Positions 7,991 to 17,361 of a DNA stretch of 64,000 nt are shown piece by piece. Source of the DNA: a virus (Duplodnaviria > Caudoviricetes); IMG/VR virus record IMGVR_UViG_3300033066_001528, positions 59,913-123,912 of that record. One strand, given 5' to 3'. A model generated the notes under the pieces. That model did no database searches. It worked only from the letters and a program-made list of their open reading frames with translations, and had not been told where the DNA came from. Both the position numbers and the translations under genes were made by a program. Within the stretch, counting starts at the first letter, position 1; each line of letters begins with the position of its first letter.

Positions 7991-9661
7991 TCACCCTACC
8001 ACCCTAAGACAAGCGATGGCATGTTTACACAAACGATGGTGACCTAAGGGGTCACGCTTAGTGGGCTTTGTCGCGGATCCGATGGGGTCACCAAAAAGAT
8101 AACCTCCGGTCTTAGCCCAATATTCTGGACCCTGCCATCTCCAAAAGTTGCATGTGCAAGCGACTTTCAATCCAACCGTCAAATCAACGATCACGTCATA
8201 ATTCTGACCGTCACCCGATACGATGAATTTATGTAAGGACCCGTCTTTCTTGTGGCCCCTTGGGCGGATGTTCCTTGAGGAATGTAAAATTTCCTTGCTC
8301 ACCTTAGAAATAAGGTCGGAGATAGCAGAAGCCGTTTTAGGCTTCTTGGCGCTACCCGGAACCTCATTGACTTCATACGTGTCGTTTTGCACGGTCAACG
8401 GAGTTCTATCCGCATGATCATTTGGGTACTTAAGAGTAGGCGAAGTAGGTGCCGGGTGCCCCATATCTTGAGTACCCGGGCCTGGATCCATATTCCACCC
8501 CTTCGTAAAAACCTCGCGATAGAAACCCTGGACAACCCTTTGGGTAAGGGTAGCTTTCTTCTGATCTTTGCGATAATCCTTGGACCGTTCAGCTTGGCTT
8601 TTGTACCCGCCAGCGGGTAGCCGCCGGTAACGATCGGCGTACTTAGTATCTTGCCGAAGACTCCTAATCCTGCGGAATGAGGGTCTATCTTTCACTTTTC
8701 GATATCTTCGGTTCGCCCTAGACTTAATCTGGGATTTGTTGCGTCGATAATACCTACGGGTATACCTTTTGGCATCACCCTTCTGATCCCTCTGTCTCTC
8801 CTCGAAGGAGGGGTAAAGATTACCCCCGGTCCTTCTAGGATAGACGTTGTCTTTATAGGGATGACCATACTCATCCCCAGGAACACTCGTAGTCCTAACA
8901 GGGGTATCCGTTTTCGGTGTGGGTCCTGTATCTGTTGAGATACCGGGCACGTTGTAGGACCCGTTGCCAGGAGGGGTCCGGGTTAGGTTTTTTTTTGAAT
9001 CCGTTGGCTGGGGGGAGCTTCTTGCCCTGTCAGATTTATACCCCTCTCCCGGAGGGTGGTGAATACTATCCCCCGAGGGTCGGTTGATTCCCTTGGATGG
9101 TTTTTCGCTAACATAGGTTTTTGGAGAGGTATCACCCACGGGTGGACGATATCCAGCCGTATGCGAACATCCTTCTGGGGGTACCTTGGGGTCACTTCCA
9201 CCAACCCAATAGACGGTTACAACAATAGGGTCGCCGTTGTTGACTTTAAGCTTAATGAAAAGACCTTTTGAATCAACCCAACCTTCGGCTAGCCTCTTCC
9301 GAAGTTCAAATTGGAAGTCCCGATCGGACTTCCGACGAAGTGTCTGAAGGGTGGAGAAGAATTCCCCAATAGCTCTATTCAGGTCTTTGATAGATACCCG
9401 GCGCAAATCCATACGATATTGAGCATGAGATGTTATATCGTATGGAAGTATCGGGGAGACCGTAGTCCTCTCTCGCATGGGTTTGTAAACATCCGAGGCA
9501 CTAGGATTGTCTAGCGCCATATCGGACTCCACCTGACGAACAAGAGACTCCCTTGTTGCAGGGGTAACCCCCTTCAATCTAAGGATCCTATCCACAATTC
9601 TACACGGCCCACCACCCAAAGGCGGATATAAGTCTGCCTTTCTGATCCTCATAGAGCACAT
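7991..9661 (-). CDS. Multidomain protein: DUF4258/RelE-like region, Arg-rich tract, C-terminal SWIM zinc finger
   Basis: ITSHAQYRMDLRRVS...VVTVYW; RRYYRRNKSQIKSRANRRYRK; CTCNFW...LCKH. Confidence 0.6.
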   Translation of the reverse strand: MCSMRIRKADLYPPLGGGPCRIVDRILRLKGVTPATRESLVRQVESDMALDNPSASDVYKPMRERTTVSPILPYDITSHAQYRMDLRRVSIKDLNRAIGEFFSTLQTLRRKSDRDFQFELRKRLAEGWVDSKGLFIKLKVNNGDPIVVTVYWVGGSDPKVPPEGCSHTAGYRPPVGDTSPKTYVSEKPSKGINRPSGDSIHHPPGEGYKSDRARSSPQPTDSKKNLTRTPPGNGSYNVPGISTDTGPTPKTDTPVRTTSVPGDEYGHPYKDNVYPRRTGGNLYPSFEERQRDQKGDAKRYTRRYYRRNKSQIKSRANRRYRKVKDRPSFRRIRSLRQDTKYADRYRRLPAGGYKSQAERSKDYRKDQKKATLTQRVVQGFYREVFTKGWNMDPGPGTQDMGHPAPTSPTLKYPNDHADRTPLTVQNDTYEVNEVPGSAKKPKTASAISDLISKVSKEILHSSRNIRPRGHKKDGSLHKFIVSGDGQNYDVIVDLTVGLKVACTCNFWRWQGPEYWAKTGGYLFGDPIGSATKPTKRDPLGHHRLCKHAIACLRVVG

Positions 9662-10227
9662 CAGTACTTAAGGTCCAAACCAAGTTTAGGGTTGTCTAGA
9701 GTAGGAACAAAGGAGCACAACCCAACTAAAACCACAGAAGTGCCCCCGGTAGCGGCCAACAAATTAGCGTCCGGATCATTGCACAAAAGACCATTCTCGC
9801 TAACTTTTAAGGGGTCCTGAACATTGTAAACCGCCGGACCCCCAGCCCTAACACCAAAAGCATTCAGGGCTATGGTTTCAAAATAGCGGAAAAGAAACTT
9901 GCCCCCACCAGCAACCATGGTAACAACACTGGCACCTGAAGCAGCGGCTGAAAAGCTACCGGCATTCTGATAAGAGGTGTAGTTCCGATAGGTTGAGACA
10001 CGGGGATTTGAATAATTTTCACTTCCGTACAACAAAAACCCTGCGGATGTAATTCCTGTCGATTTCTCTACGGTGAATTGATTCACAGGAGGTTGCTGCG
10101 TGGAAGTGTACTGAACCCACTGACCAGCTACCCAACCCGTAGACCGAAGAGATGTACCCGCATTCACGGAGAACCGATCTGCATGTTTGAGCACATCGAG
10201 GTCATTATCTGTTGGCATCATCGTCAT
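9661..10227 (-). CDS. Paralog of the head decoration protein
   Basis: Aligns by eye with 18287..18961 (YFETIAL...Y...PLKVSENGLL vs LYETNTL...Y...RLIASRNGYL). Confidence 0.6.
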   Translation of the reverse strand: MTMMPTDNDLDVLKHADRFSVNAGTSLRSTGWVAGQWVQYTSTQQPPVNQFTVEKSTGITSAGFLLYGSENYSNPRVSTYRNYTSYQNAGSFSAAASGASVVTMVAGGGKFLFRYFETIALNAFGVRAGGPAVYNVQDPLKVSENGLLCNDPDANLLAATGGTSVVLVGLCSFVPTLDNPKLGLDLKY

Positions 10228-10913
10228 GAAATGATCCTCGGGTGCTTAGGGACATCTTCCCGACCCTGTGGTACCTTGGCCGAGGTTTTTTGCTCGGTTT
10301 CAATCAAATAACGATTCAAGGTAGAGAAGTCTTTACCCCCTGGCTTCTTTACTATCTCCGTAGGAGTTGGGGGAGCTTTTTTAGAATCCCTCTCAGCCTC
10401 CCTTGGAGTCAAAGTGGAATTATCCATATTTTTGACGGCTACATTGGAAGCTCCCGGAACGTTGCTGATTGCATTGGACTCAGCAAATTGCCGAACTTCC
10501 CTCTTCAAAGGCTGGTCCACAAAATAACCTTCGGCGCCGTGATTCAAGTACCTTGCGGCAACCCTAGTCGCTTGCGAGGACTTGTCTTCTCTGGGATGGG
10601 AAGTTACACCCAGATCCACAAGGAAACGATCATCCAAACTCAATCTCCCGCGAAGGAAATCTTCCCCCATGACAGTCAGGGCATAAGAAGTCCTATCCAG
10701 CACGTCCTCAATTTCACCCACACGTTCAGGAAAAGCCATCAATAGGTCTCCGGCCACTTGCCAGATGCGTTCTTTTTCTTGGGATTGTGATACAAGTTTG
10801 AGAACCCGATTCACCATGAGGTGTAATCGATGCACATCCACACGTGCACGTGTAACCCCTTCAGTGAGGAGAGCCCAAGAAACCTGACTTGATCCTGATT
10901 TGGGTACTCCCAT
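10224..10913 (-). CDS. Hypothetical virion-associated protein with an RVAARYL motif
   Basis: Start refined to MGVPKSG (10913) to remove overlap with the upstream gene. Confidence 0.65.
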   Translation of the reverse strand: MGVPKSGSSQVSWALLTEGVTRARVDVHRLHLMVNRVLKLVSQSQEKERIWQVAGDLLMAFPERVGEIEDVLDRTSYALTVMGEDFLRGRLSLDDRFLVDLGVTSHPREDKSSQATRVAARYLNHGAEGYFVDQPLKREVRQFAESNAISNVPGASNVAVKNMDNSTLTPREAERDSKKAPPTPTEIVKKPGGKDFSTLNRYLIETEQKTSAKVPQGREDVPKHPRIIS

Positions 10914-10953
10914 GTTATCGGAAATGGGAAGGGAAAGAGGATTTACCGTAAAC

Positions 10954-11265
10954 TCAGAAAGGACCCGAAAAATCCCTAGACCTAAACTTACGCTCGTATT
11001 CACCAACCGTAGATGAGGTGCTGAGAATAGACTTTCGTATCTCATCAAGAGCGGAATAAGCCACACCGTATCGAGACGCGGATCCCATTAAGGAATCAAC
11101 TTCTCTCATAAGGTCCAGCAAAGAGTCATGCATTGCATCCAAAGAATTAGCTAAATCATCTGGATTCTTAAAACGAGCAGTTTTTTTGAGTAGAGGAAGG
11201 ATATGTGGTCTAGCTTCACGGTTCTCATGGGCCAGACGGATAAGTTTGGTACGAAGGGTAGTCAT
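10954..11265 (-). CDS. Small helical protein with the shared N-terminal leader
   Basis: MTTLRTKLIRLAHENREARPHILPLLKKTA. Confidence 0.8.
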   Translation of the reverse strand: MTTLRTKLIRLAHENREARPHILPLLKKTARFKNPDDLANSLDAMHDSLLDLMREVDSLMGSASRYGVAYSALDEIRKSILSTSSTVGEYERKFRSRDFSGPF

Positions 11266-11287
11266 GTAGGTGGAATTCTATTGATCG

Positions 11288-11839
11288 TTAACCCATTCGA
11301 CCCGAACGCATCAATTGAATTTTCAAATCTTTGAATGCAGCATACATCCGTTCCCCTTCGGTAATGAATTTCCACAAAGGGGAGGCCACTTTCTCACTGC
11401 CCCATCCTTCATTGGATACGGCTAAGTCAACAGCCCTAGAGCTATCCAGAAAGGATCGAATACCCTTGTGGACAAGGTCATAGGATGACTGCATCCTCTC
11501 AGGATCAATCGGTGTTTGAGCCATTTTGGTTCCAAATTCAGGTTTAGTCCCCTTCATATATGTCCCACGAGGCCCCAAACCATCTTGGATGTCACTAACC
11601 GATGTACGGATAGCAGCCAACTGCCTAATTGCAACGGATAGGTCCCTTGTTAATTCTCTATCAATGGAATCCCTACCGACCTTCCCCAGAAGAACCGAGA
11701 CTTTTGACAAATAATCAAGAGCCTGAGTAAGAGTGTCAAAATTATCAGAGCTTGATTCCTTAAGTAAGGGCAAGAGATAATTTCTGATCTTGGGGTTGTG
11801 ATACGCCAGACGGATGACTTGAGATCGGAAAGGTACCAT
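11288..11839 (-). CDS. Helical protein with the shared N-terminal leader
   Basis: Start refined to ATG 11839 (AAGGA upstream): MVPFRSQVIRLAYHNPKIRNYLLPLLKES. Confidence 0.8.
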   Translation of the reverse strand: MVPFRSQVIRLAYHNPKIRNYLLPLLKESSSDNFDTLTQALDYLSKVSVLLGKVGRDSIDRELTRDLSVAIRQLAAIRTSVSDIQDGLGPRGTYMKGTKPEFGTKMAQTPIDPERMQSSYDLVHKGIRSFLDSSRAVDLAVSNEGWGSEKVASPLWKFITEGERMYAAFKDLKIQLMRSGRMG

Positions 11840-11863
11840 GGTCCTTGGGTACCTATCCAAAGA

Positions 11864-12949
11864 TTACTGAGCCGAGGAATCGCGACGAGTGAGTTGTTCA
11901 GCAATCAACTTAACTACGGATGGTTCTTCGTACGATCGGATGAGAGAGAGAGTTGATGGATCATCGGCATACTTCTCCACAGCTACTTTTGCTCTGGTTC
12001 TCCAATGGAGTTTCTTGTTCCAAGTAACCCCTGGAGCAATCTCCACATCATCCCCAGAAACAATGACTTCCTCCAAGGACGTTGGCACCTTAGGTTTCAC
12101 AACAACGGGTGCCTGGGGTGGTTCTGGTTCATCTTTCTTCGATGATTTTGCTTCACTACGGGCAATAGCTTCTTTCCGTTGTTTGGCAAGAAGAGCCGCT
12201 CTGGTTTCAGGGTCCAAAGCGGGAAGGATAGACTCCACAGTATCTCCTTCCGCCGCGTGAACCTCACCATCTGGTGTTGCAACTACAGCAACTTTTGATT
12301 GCTTCTTAGCTGCCTGAGTCTCCAACCGTCGGATTTCCTGCTCAACTTGGGAGGTATCAGTGACGGTCGTCTTCGAGGGTAAAATGGAAGCTATTTTCCC
12401 AACGGTTCTAGAATCATCCGATTCCGTACCGGAAGCCACCCTAGATGACGTTTTCTGGGCGGATACCTTTCCGTCTTCCCCAAGAACAAAACTTTGAGTA
12501 GCGGAGGGGAAGGTACCAACAACCTCTCCCTCTTCCGACCCACCAATATCTTTAGTGGAAGATTTTTTTGAGAATTCCCGCACGGTTACATGGTCCCCCT
12601 CGTCCACTTTAACTACTGAAGCCGTGAACGCTTTCGGGGCCACTGTATCCTTTTTAGGGTCGGCAACTTTAGAGACCATGTTCTCTTCACGGCTAAGAGC
12701 CATTTTGGTTTCCAGGGGGCCCCGAGCCTTACCTTGAACCAAAGCTTCTTGGGGTGATAAGTCTAACCACCCAGCCTTTACACTAGCCCGAAACTCTGGG
12801 TATTCAACAGATCGGCCATTGAACCGAAGTGTGACGCCGTCAAACTCTACGGTATCACCGGGTTTAATCTCCTGGGTTAATTTCCCCAAGTGGATATTCC
12901 GGTTAGGGTATAGGGGTTGAAATTGCCCGGCTACGAAATCTATTGTCAT
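11864..12949 (-). CDS. Hypothetical protein with a low-complexity central region
   Basis: Long ORF; likely start MTIDF after AGGA. Confidence 0.7.
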   Translation of the reverse strand: MTIDFVAGQFQPLYPNRNIHLGKLTQEIKPGDTVEFDGVTLRFNGRSVEYPEFRASVKAGWLDLSPQEALVQGKARGPLETKMALSREENMVSKVADPKKDTVAPKAFTASVVKVDEGDHVTVREFSKKSSTKDIGGSEEGEVVGTFPSATQSFVLGEDGKVSAQKTSSRVASGTESDDSRTVGKIASILPSKTTVTDTSQVEQEIRRLETQAAKKQSKVAVVATPDGEVHAAEGDTVESILPALDPETRAALLAKQRKEAIARSEAKSSKKDEPEPPQAPVVVKPKVPTSLEEVIVSGDDVEIAPGVTWNKKLHWRTRAKVAVEKYADDPSTLSLIRSYEEPSVVKLIAEQLTRRDSSAQ

Positions 12950-13000
12950 GATATCCTGTGGAGGGTGAAAGAATCTACCCCCCACAGGATACCCACAAAA

Positions 13001-13576
13001 TCAGTGTCCAGCGTTTGCCGGAGTCTGATAGGTGGAACCCCCGGAAAACGGATGAGCCCACATATAGCTCTTCAGAGAGCACCCACCGTGAACGACCTTT
13101 CGAGCGTGAATCTCGGATGAGACGAAACGGGTAGGATCCGGGGCCACACTGGAATCACCCGTAGACCGAGAGGCGATCTCGCGAAGGTGCACCATCTTCC
13201 CGGTAACCTTGACGACGACGTAGAAGTCCACGTTGGTCTGCTCGTAGCCCCAGGAACACGACCAGATGTCACCGACCTTGATGGTCGCCAGCAGGGCAGC
13301 AGCCTCAGTGGCCTCATTAGCCTTACGGTGGGCCTTATCGTGCGCCGCATTCAGAGCATTCTGCACAAGCTGATCCTTGGCTTCCTCCCGCTGGGTCTCC
13401 GTCCGGTAGTAGGTGTTCACGAACGGCTTGGTCTGCTTGCCCTGGAACGCGACCAGAGCATAGGTGCCCCGACCCGTAGTATAGGAGTGGAGCTCCAGGT
13501 TCGTACCCGCGGGGGTCTCGGTGACGACCTGGACGTTACTGGGGACGTAGAAACTACGGGGAAGTGCAAACTTCAT
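13001..13576 (-). CDS. Hypothetical phage protein (probably early class)
   Basis: VGDIWSCSWGYEQTNVDFYVVV motif; strong AAGGAG RBS; GC3-rich codons. Confidence 0.8.
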   Translation of the reverse strand: MKFALPRSFYVPSNVQVVTETPAGTNLELHSYTTGRGTYALVAFQGKQTKPFVNTYYRTETQREEAKDQLVQNALNAAHDKAHRKANEATEAAALLATIKVGDIWSCSWGYEQTNVDFYVVVKVTGKMVHLREIASRSTGDSSVAPDPTRFVSSEIHARKVVHGGCSLKSYMWAHPFSGGSTYQTPANAGH

Positions 13577-13596
13577 GGTCTGGGATCTCCTTCACC

Positions 13597-13626
13597 ACTA
13601 TATGGATTGAGGCAGGAAGAAAACAA
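13597..13626 (-). promoter_or_regulatory. Sigma70-like promoter
   Basis: TTGTTT-N18-TATAGT upstream of the AAGGAG RBS of 13001..13576. Confidence 0.45.
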
Positions 13627-13639
13627 CCAGAAAACCAAC

Positions 13640-15199
13640 TCACCACCGAAACATACGGTAAATTTCCTCCTCCACGTCGTCCTGGATATACTCCAATTGG
13701 AATACCCGCTCGATCTCCTTGAGCTCGTCTACCAACTTCTGATCCTTCGGAATGCGCCACCCCACGGACCCTGGGATGTTGTTGATCGACCAGTCATCTC
13801 CATCGTGGCCATTGTTCCGCACGAACCACAGGGCATCGGGTTCCGCTACAAACCAGTTCCCACCGCCATAGGGGATGAACTTCTCACCCGTCGTACACAG
13901 ATGGTCTCCCTTGGGGTGATGGCCGAGTTGCGGGGTTTCACCGTGCTGGCGGACGTATTTCTCGATATCATCCCTACGCTTGGATGCCTTGAGCTTGAGC
14001 TCCCGGAGCTTGCGCGCGGCCGTCTCCTTGGTCTCGAAAGTGGCAGCGTCCTGAGGTTGGGGTGGACCCGCGTAGATGGTGTGCATCCACCCACGGTCAT
14101 CACTCAACCCGAAAGACAAACCATCCTCAGGGTAGTACTGAGACTTGACATCCAGTACCGTCAGAACCTTCCCGGACTTTCGATCGCGGAAAACGTGACC
14201 GACCGGGAAATGGTCCCCACGAGCACGACCCTCCTGATAGATGATCACAATCCCCTTCCGCTCCCGTTCCAGACGAGCCTGCTCTGCTTTCTCTGCCCTC
14301 TCCCGCTCTTCTTTGATGTGACGCTCTGCAACCACCTTGGCAGCGGCTGCCTCCATCTCAGCTTTGAATTCTAGGATGGATCTCTTTGAGGTCTCATCGG
14401 GCATACACCACGCCCTAGCATCTGCATCCCACAGGCCACCGAGGTCTCTCGCCTTGTCCTTGAGCTCGAACGGGATAACCACACAGAGCTTTTCCTGTTT
14501 CCGACGAGCGATCTCCCGTTTGGCTACTGCCGCAGGCACGTTATCCGCCAGAACCTTCACTGCATCATAGGATGACTGATCCGGCATGCACCAAGTTTTG
14601 AACGTGTCATCCCAAAGGCCACCGAGGTCTCTCGCCTTGTCCTTGAGCTCAAAAGGAAGGGGGATACACCACCCTTTGGTCCGTCGGTTGAGCATCTCCT
14701 CTTTGATGAGGTCACCCTTGGAGCGAGTGTCCCCACCGCCACCCTCAATATAAGGCGCTACCAGTTTCTGGAGATTCTTTCGTTTGAGTGGGGTGAGATT
14801 CCGAGCAGGCGTAGACCACGTGCGACTGCTGGAGTCATACTCGAAACCCTGACTCTTCAGTCGCTTGTTGATGTGGTCAATCATGATGTGCGCCGGACCC
14901 GACACGTAGACAATCCCATTGGCTTCATCTACCTGAACATGCTTCGGGTTGGGCCGTGGGACAGGCTCATCTCTGGGGATGGAAGAACCGCTATTCAGGT
15001 TCTCTACCAGTTTCTCCAGCCACAGTTTTTCCGTGGGGGTAGCCTCGGCAAAAGCCCACTTGGACCCGTCAACGGTTCGATCAGAACGAATGTAACCCCC
15101 CATCCCTTTGAGAGTGAGCTTGAGCTGATCGATACGTCGAGAGGGATCCGTCAGGAAAAGACGACCCGTTCCAGCTTCTTCCAGTGTTGCCAATGCCAT
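13640..15199 (-). CDS. Protein with two tandem DUF5710-like domains
   Basis: PFELKDKARDLGGLWD....WCMPD occurs twice, 61 aa apart. Confidence 0.7.
   Translation of the reverse strand: MALATLEEAGTGRLFLTDPSRRIDQLKLTLKGMGGYIRSDRTVDGSKWAFAEATPTEKLWLEKLVENLNSGSSIPRDEPVPRPNPKHVQVDEANGIVYVSGPAHIMIDHINKRLKSQGFEYDSSSRTWSTPARNLTPLKRKNLQKLVAPYIEGGGGDTRSKGDLIKEEMLNRRTKGWCIPLPFELKDKARDLGGLWDDTFKTWCMPDQSSYDAVKVLADNVPAAVAKREIARRKQEKLCVVIPFELKDKARDLGGLWDADARAWCMPDETSKRSILEFKAEMEAAAAKVVAERHIKEERERAEKAEQARLERERKGIVIIYQEGRARGDHFPVGHVFRDRKSGKVLTVLDVKSQYYPEDGLSFGLSDDRGWMHTIYAGPPQPQDAATFETKETAARKLRELKLKASKRRDDIEKYVRQHGETPQLGHHPKGDHLCTTGEKFIPYGGGNWFVAEPDALWFVRNNGHDGDDWSINNIPGSVGWRIPKDQKLVDELKEIERVFQLEYIQDDVEEEIYRMFRW
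14433..14650. repeat. 35-bp perfect direct repeat, period 183 bp
   Basis: AGGCCACCGAGGTCTCTCGCCTTGTCCTTGAGCTC at 14433-14467 and 14616-14650. Confidence 0.9.
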
Positions 15200-15237
15200 G
15201 CAAGAGGTTACACGAAAGACTGACTATTTGGTTGCCA

Positions 15238-17190
15238 TCACGATTTTCGAAACACCAGAACAGGTTCAGTTGCATCCCCACGGTTGAGTTTCGCCAAGGG
15301 CATAAGAAGAGTAGTGTCTAGACGAAATCCCTCTTCACGGGCTACCCCCACTGTCATATCCACCAGAGGTACAACCTGACCCTTCCCGACAGTCAGGTCA
15401 GCGATGTTGAGTATGAGGGGACCCCCCAAAGGGAGAGATTTGTGGGATGACCTCACCACGGGCCGAAGAAACCCCTCAACCCACTGAGTCACGGTCGCAC
15501 CGTGCTTCAACCAGGATTGTCCTTGGCTACGGGAATATCTCTCTCGATCGAAATAGGGGGGGGAGGTGAACACAAGGTCTACAGGAGGAGGGTTGAAATC
15601 CTCCGCTGGCAGACAATGAAGTTCTGCTTCGTACCCAAGGGTAGCTGCCAATTTGCGGTTCCCATCTAGGGTGTCCGGCTCTACATCCGTCCCTACGTAT
15701 TTGACCCCAGCAAGATATGCTCCAAGGAGGCGACCCCCATAACCTGAACATGGATCCCACACAACTCCACCTTTAGGGCAGAAATGCTGGTAGATGAACT
15801 TGGCAACCGAAGGACGGAAGATAGAGGGTGTTCGGTGTTGCATAGTCACAGCGCGAAGCACTCGATGGGGAAGCACTGGATCCCCTACCTTGAACTGGAA
15901 TCGGATCGCATACTTGAGCTTTTCCGCTTTGTGCCAAGCCTCAAAAGCACTTTCTGCCCTACCCGCCGATGCCTTGAACCGATTGGGAAAGAAAGGGTTG
16001 CAAGCACCGCAACCAACAGGAGACCAGGGCTCAATCCTGTTCTCCTTGAGACCTATCACCAACGCAGAGAGTCTCCGAAGCTCATCCTCCCACCGTTGTT
16101 CGGAATGTTGAGGGAAAGGGAATTCAATATTGGAGAGGATCTTGTATACGTCCTCTACCCACTGCTTCTGCTCCAACTCGGGTAGGCCAGACCACCGTTT
16201 TGAGTCATAGTTAGCCAGGGCCACCTCGGCTGAGGTGCGAGAGAACAGTCGCCTGGGACGACCCATCTTCCTGGCTGCAACACCCACACTCTTCAATCGA
16301 CGGTGAACAGTGGACGAGCCAACGTCATAGATGTCTGCAATCTCATTGAAACTCATCCCTCCCTCGTAGAGATCCTTGACCTTGTCAGGGGTGAGCTCTT
16401 TGGCATTCCGGTCCCTATCCCTTCTAGCAGATTCTACAGGAAGCTTGTAGCTCATACATTCAGGGATGAGTGGTCCCACCATCTCGAAGAACTGGTCACT
16501 CTGCCCTGGGAACGCAATCACCGTATCGGAGGATGTAGTTCCGTGAACTTCTGGTCGGAATCCCAACTTGCGAAGAGCTTTGATTGCTCTCTTGAGGGTG
16601 ATGTCCCCCAGACCAAACGTGATCTGGGGGTGAAACCTGTGTGCTAACCGTCCATCATCCAGGTACCAGACAGCCAGAACCAATGGTGTCATCTCATCCG
16701 ACAGAGACACGGGAAACCTCTTCTTCCGATCAGGTGGTGGATAGAACAAATCATAGTAGGATCGAAGGGTTGGACAACTAACTGTAGTGAACCCCCTGCC
16801 GTGGAAGACCTTCCCTTCCCGGTCCGTCTTCGTGGTGTCAAAAACAGAAGACACGTAAGGACCGAGGATGTTGACCTTCCATTCCAGGTATTCAGCCTGA
16901 GCGATGCAATGACCTTCGTTATAGCGCGCTGATTCCTGACTGGTGGCATCCATGGATCCGTCCCCCAAAAGGCTCCCAATGAGAAGCTGGTGCTGCTCAG
17001 ATGTCAAAGGGGGGAGCTGGGAGGTGATCCTCTGGCCCTTTGTACGTGTGGGTATCCCCCACTTCTTGCGTAGCCTACCCACCCGCACCTGATTGATACC
17101 ATACTGAATCGCAATCTCGGTCTCCGTGAGATTGTCGACTTCGTAAAGCCGACGGAGAATCTCTGGTGTCAAATCGATAAGTGAGAGCAT
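15238..17190 (-). CDS. Fusion protein: HTH, LAGLIDADG endonuclease, HTH, amino-DNA methyltransferase
   Basis: LIGSLLGDG and LAVWYLDDG LAGLIDADG motifs; DPCSGYGG (SAM-binding motif I) and TSPPY (motif IV). Confidence 0.85.
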   Translation of the reverse strand: MLSLIDLTPEILRRLYEVDNLTETEIAIQYGINQVRVGRLRKKWGIPTRTKGQRITSQLPPLTSEQHQLLIGSLLGDGSMDATSQESARYNEGHCIAQAEYLEWKVNILGPYVSSVFDTTKTDREGKVFHGRGFTTVSCPTLRSYYDLFYPPPDRKKRFPVSLSDEMTPLVLAVWYLDDGRLAHRFHPQITFGLGDITLKRAIKALRKLGFRPEVHGTTSSDTVIAFPGQSDQFFEMVGPLIPECMSYKLPVESARRDRDRNAKELTPDKVKDLYEGGMSFNEIADIYDVGSSTVHRRLKSVGVAARKMGRPRRLFSRTSAEVALANYDSKRWSGLPELEQKQWVEDVYKILSNIEFPFPQHSEQRWEDELRRLSALVIGLKENRIEPWSPVGCGACNPFFPNRFKASAGRAESAFEAWHKAEKLKYAIRFQFKVGDPVLPHRVLRAVTMQHRTPSIFRPSVAKFIYQHFCPKGGVVWDPCSGYGGRLLGAYLAGVKYVGTDVEPDTLDGNRKLAATLGYEAELHCLPAEDFNPPPVDLVFTSPPYFDRERYSRSQGQSWLKHGATVTQWVEGFLRPVVRSSHKSLPLGGPLILNIADLTVGKGQVVPLVDMTVGVAREEGFRLDTTLLMPLAKLNRGDATEPVLVFRKS

Positions 17191-17305
17191 GTTTCACATT
17201 ACGATATTGACACCGAACATATACAGAACACTGAGATGCACAACTCTGTAAGTTGGTAGATGTATGGGATTGTTGAGAGGATAGATTGTGAAACACAAGA
17301 AAGAC

Positions 17306-17339
17306 GAAGATCGGGTAACCTTCCGATTACCCGATCTTC
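17306..17339 (-). terminator. Intrinsic terminator after the major capsid gene
   Basis: Perfect 13-bp stem GAAGATCGGGTAA/TTACCCGATCTTC, 8-nt loop, T-rich tail on the minus strand. Confidence 0.75.
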
Positions 17340-17361
17340 TAGCTAGGTAAAAACCTATGGT

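Noticed and set aside
13187-14374. 395-aa plus-strand ORF
   Set aside because: Antisense shadow of two GC3-rich minus-strand genes; no recognisable motifs.
15238-16450. LAGLIDADG region as a possible intein in the methyltransferase
   Set aside because: No Cys/Ser block A, TxxH block B or terminal HN/N-C motif; treated as a domain fusion.
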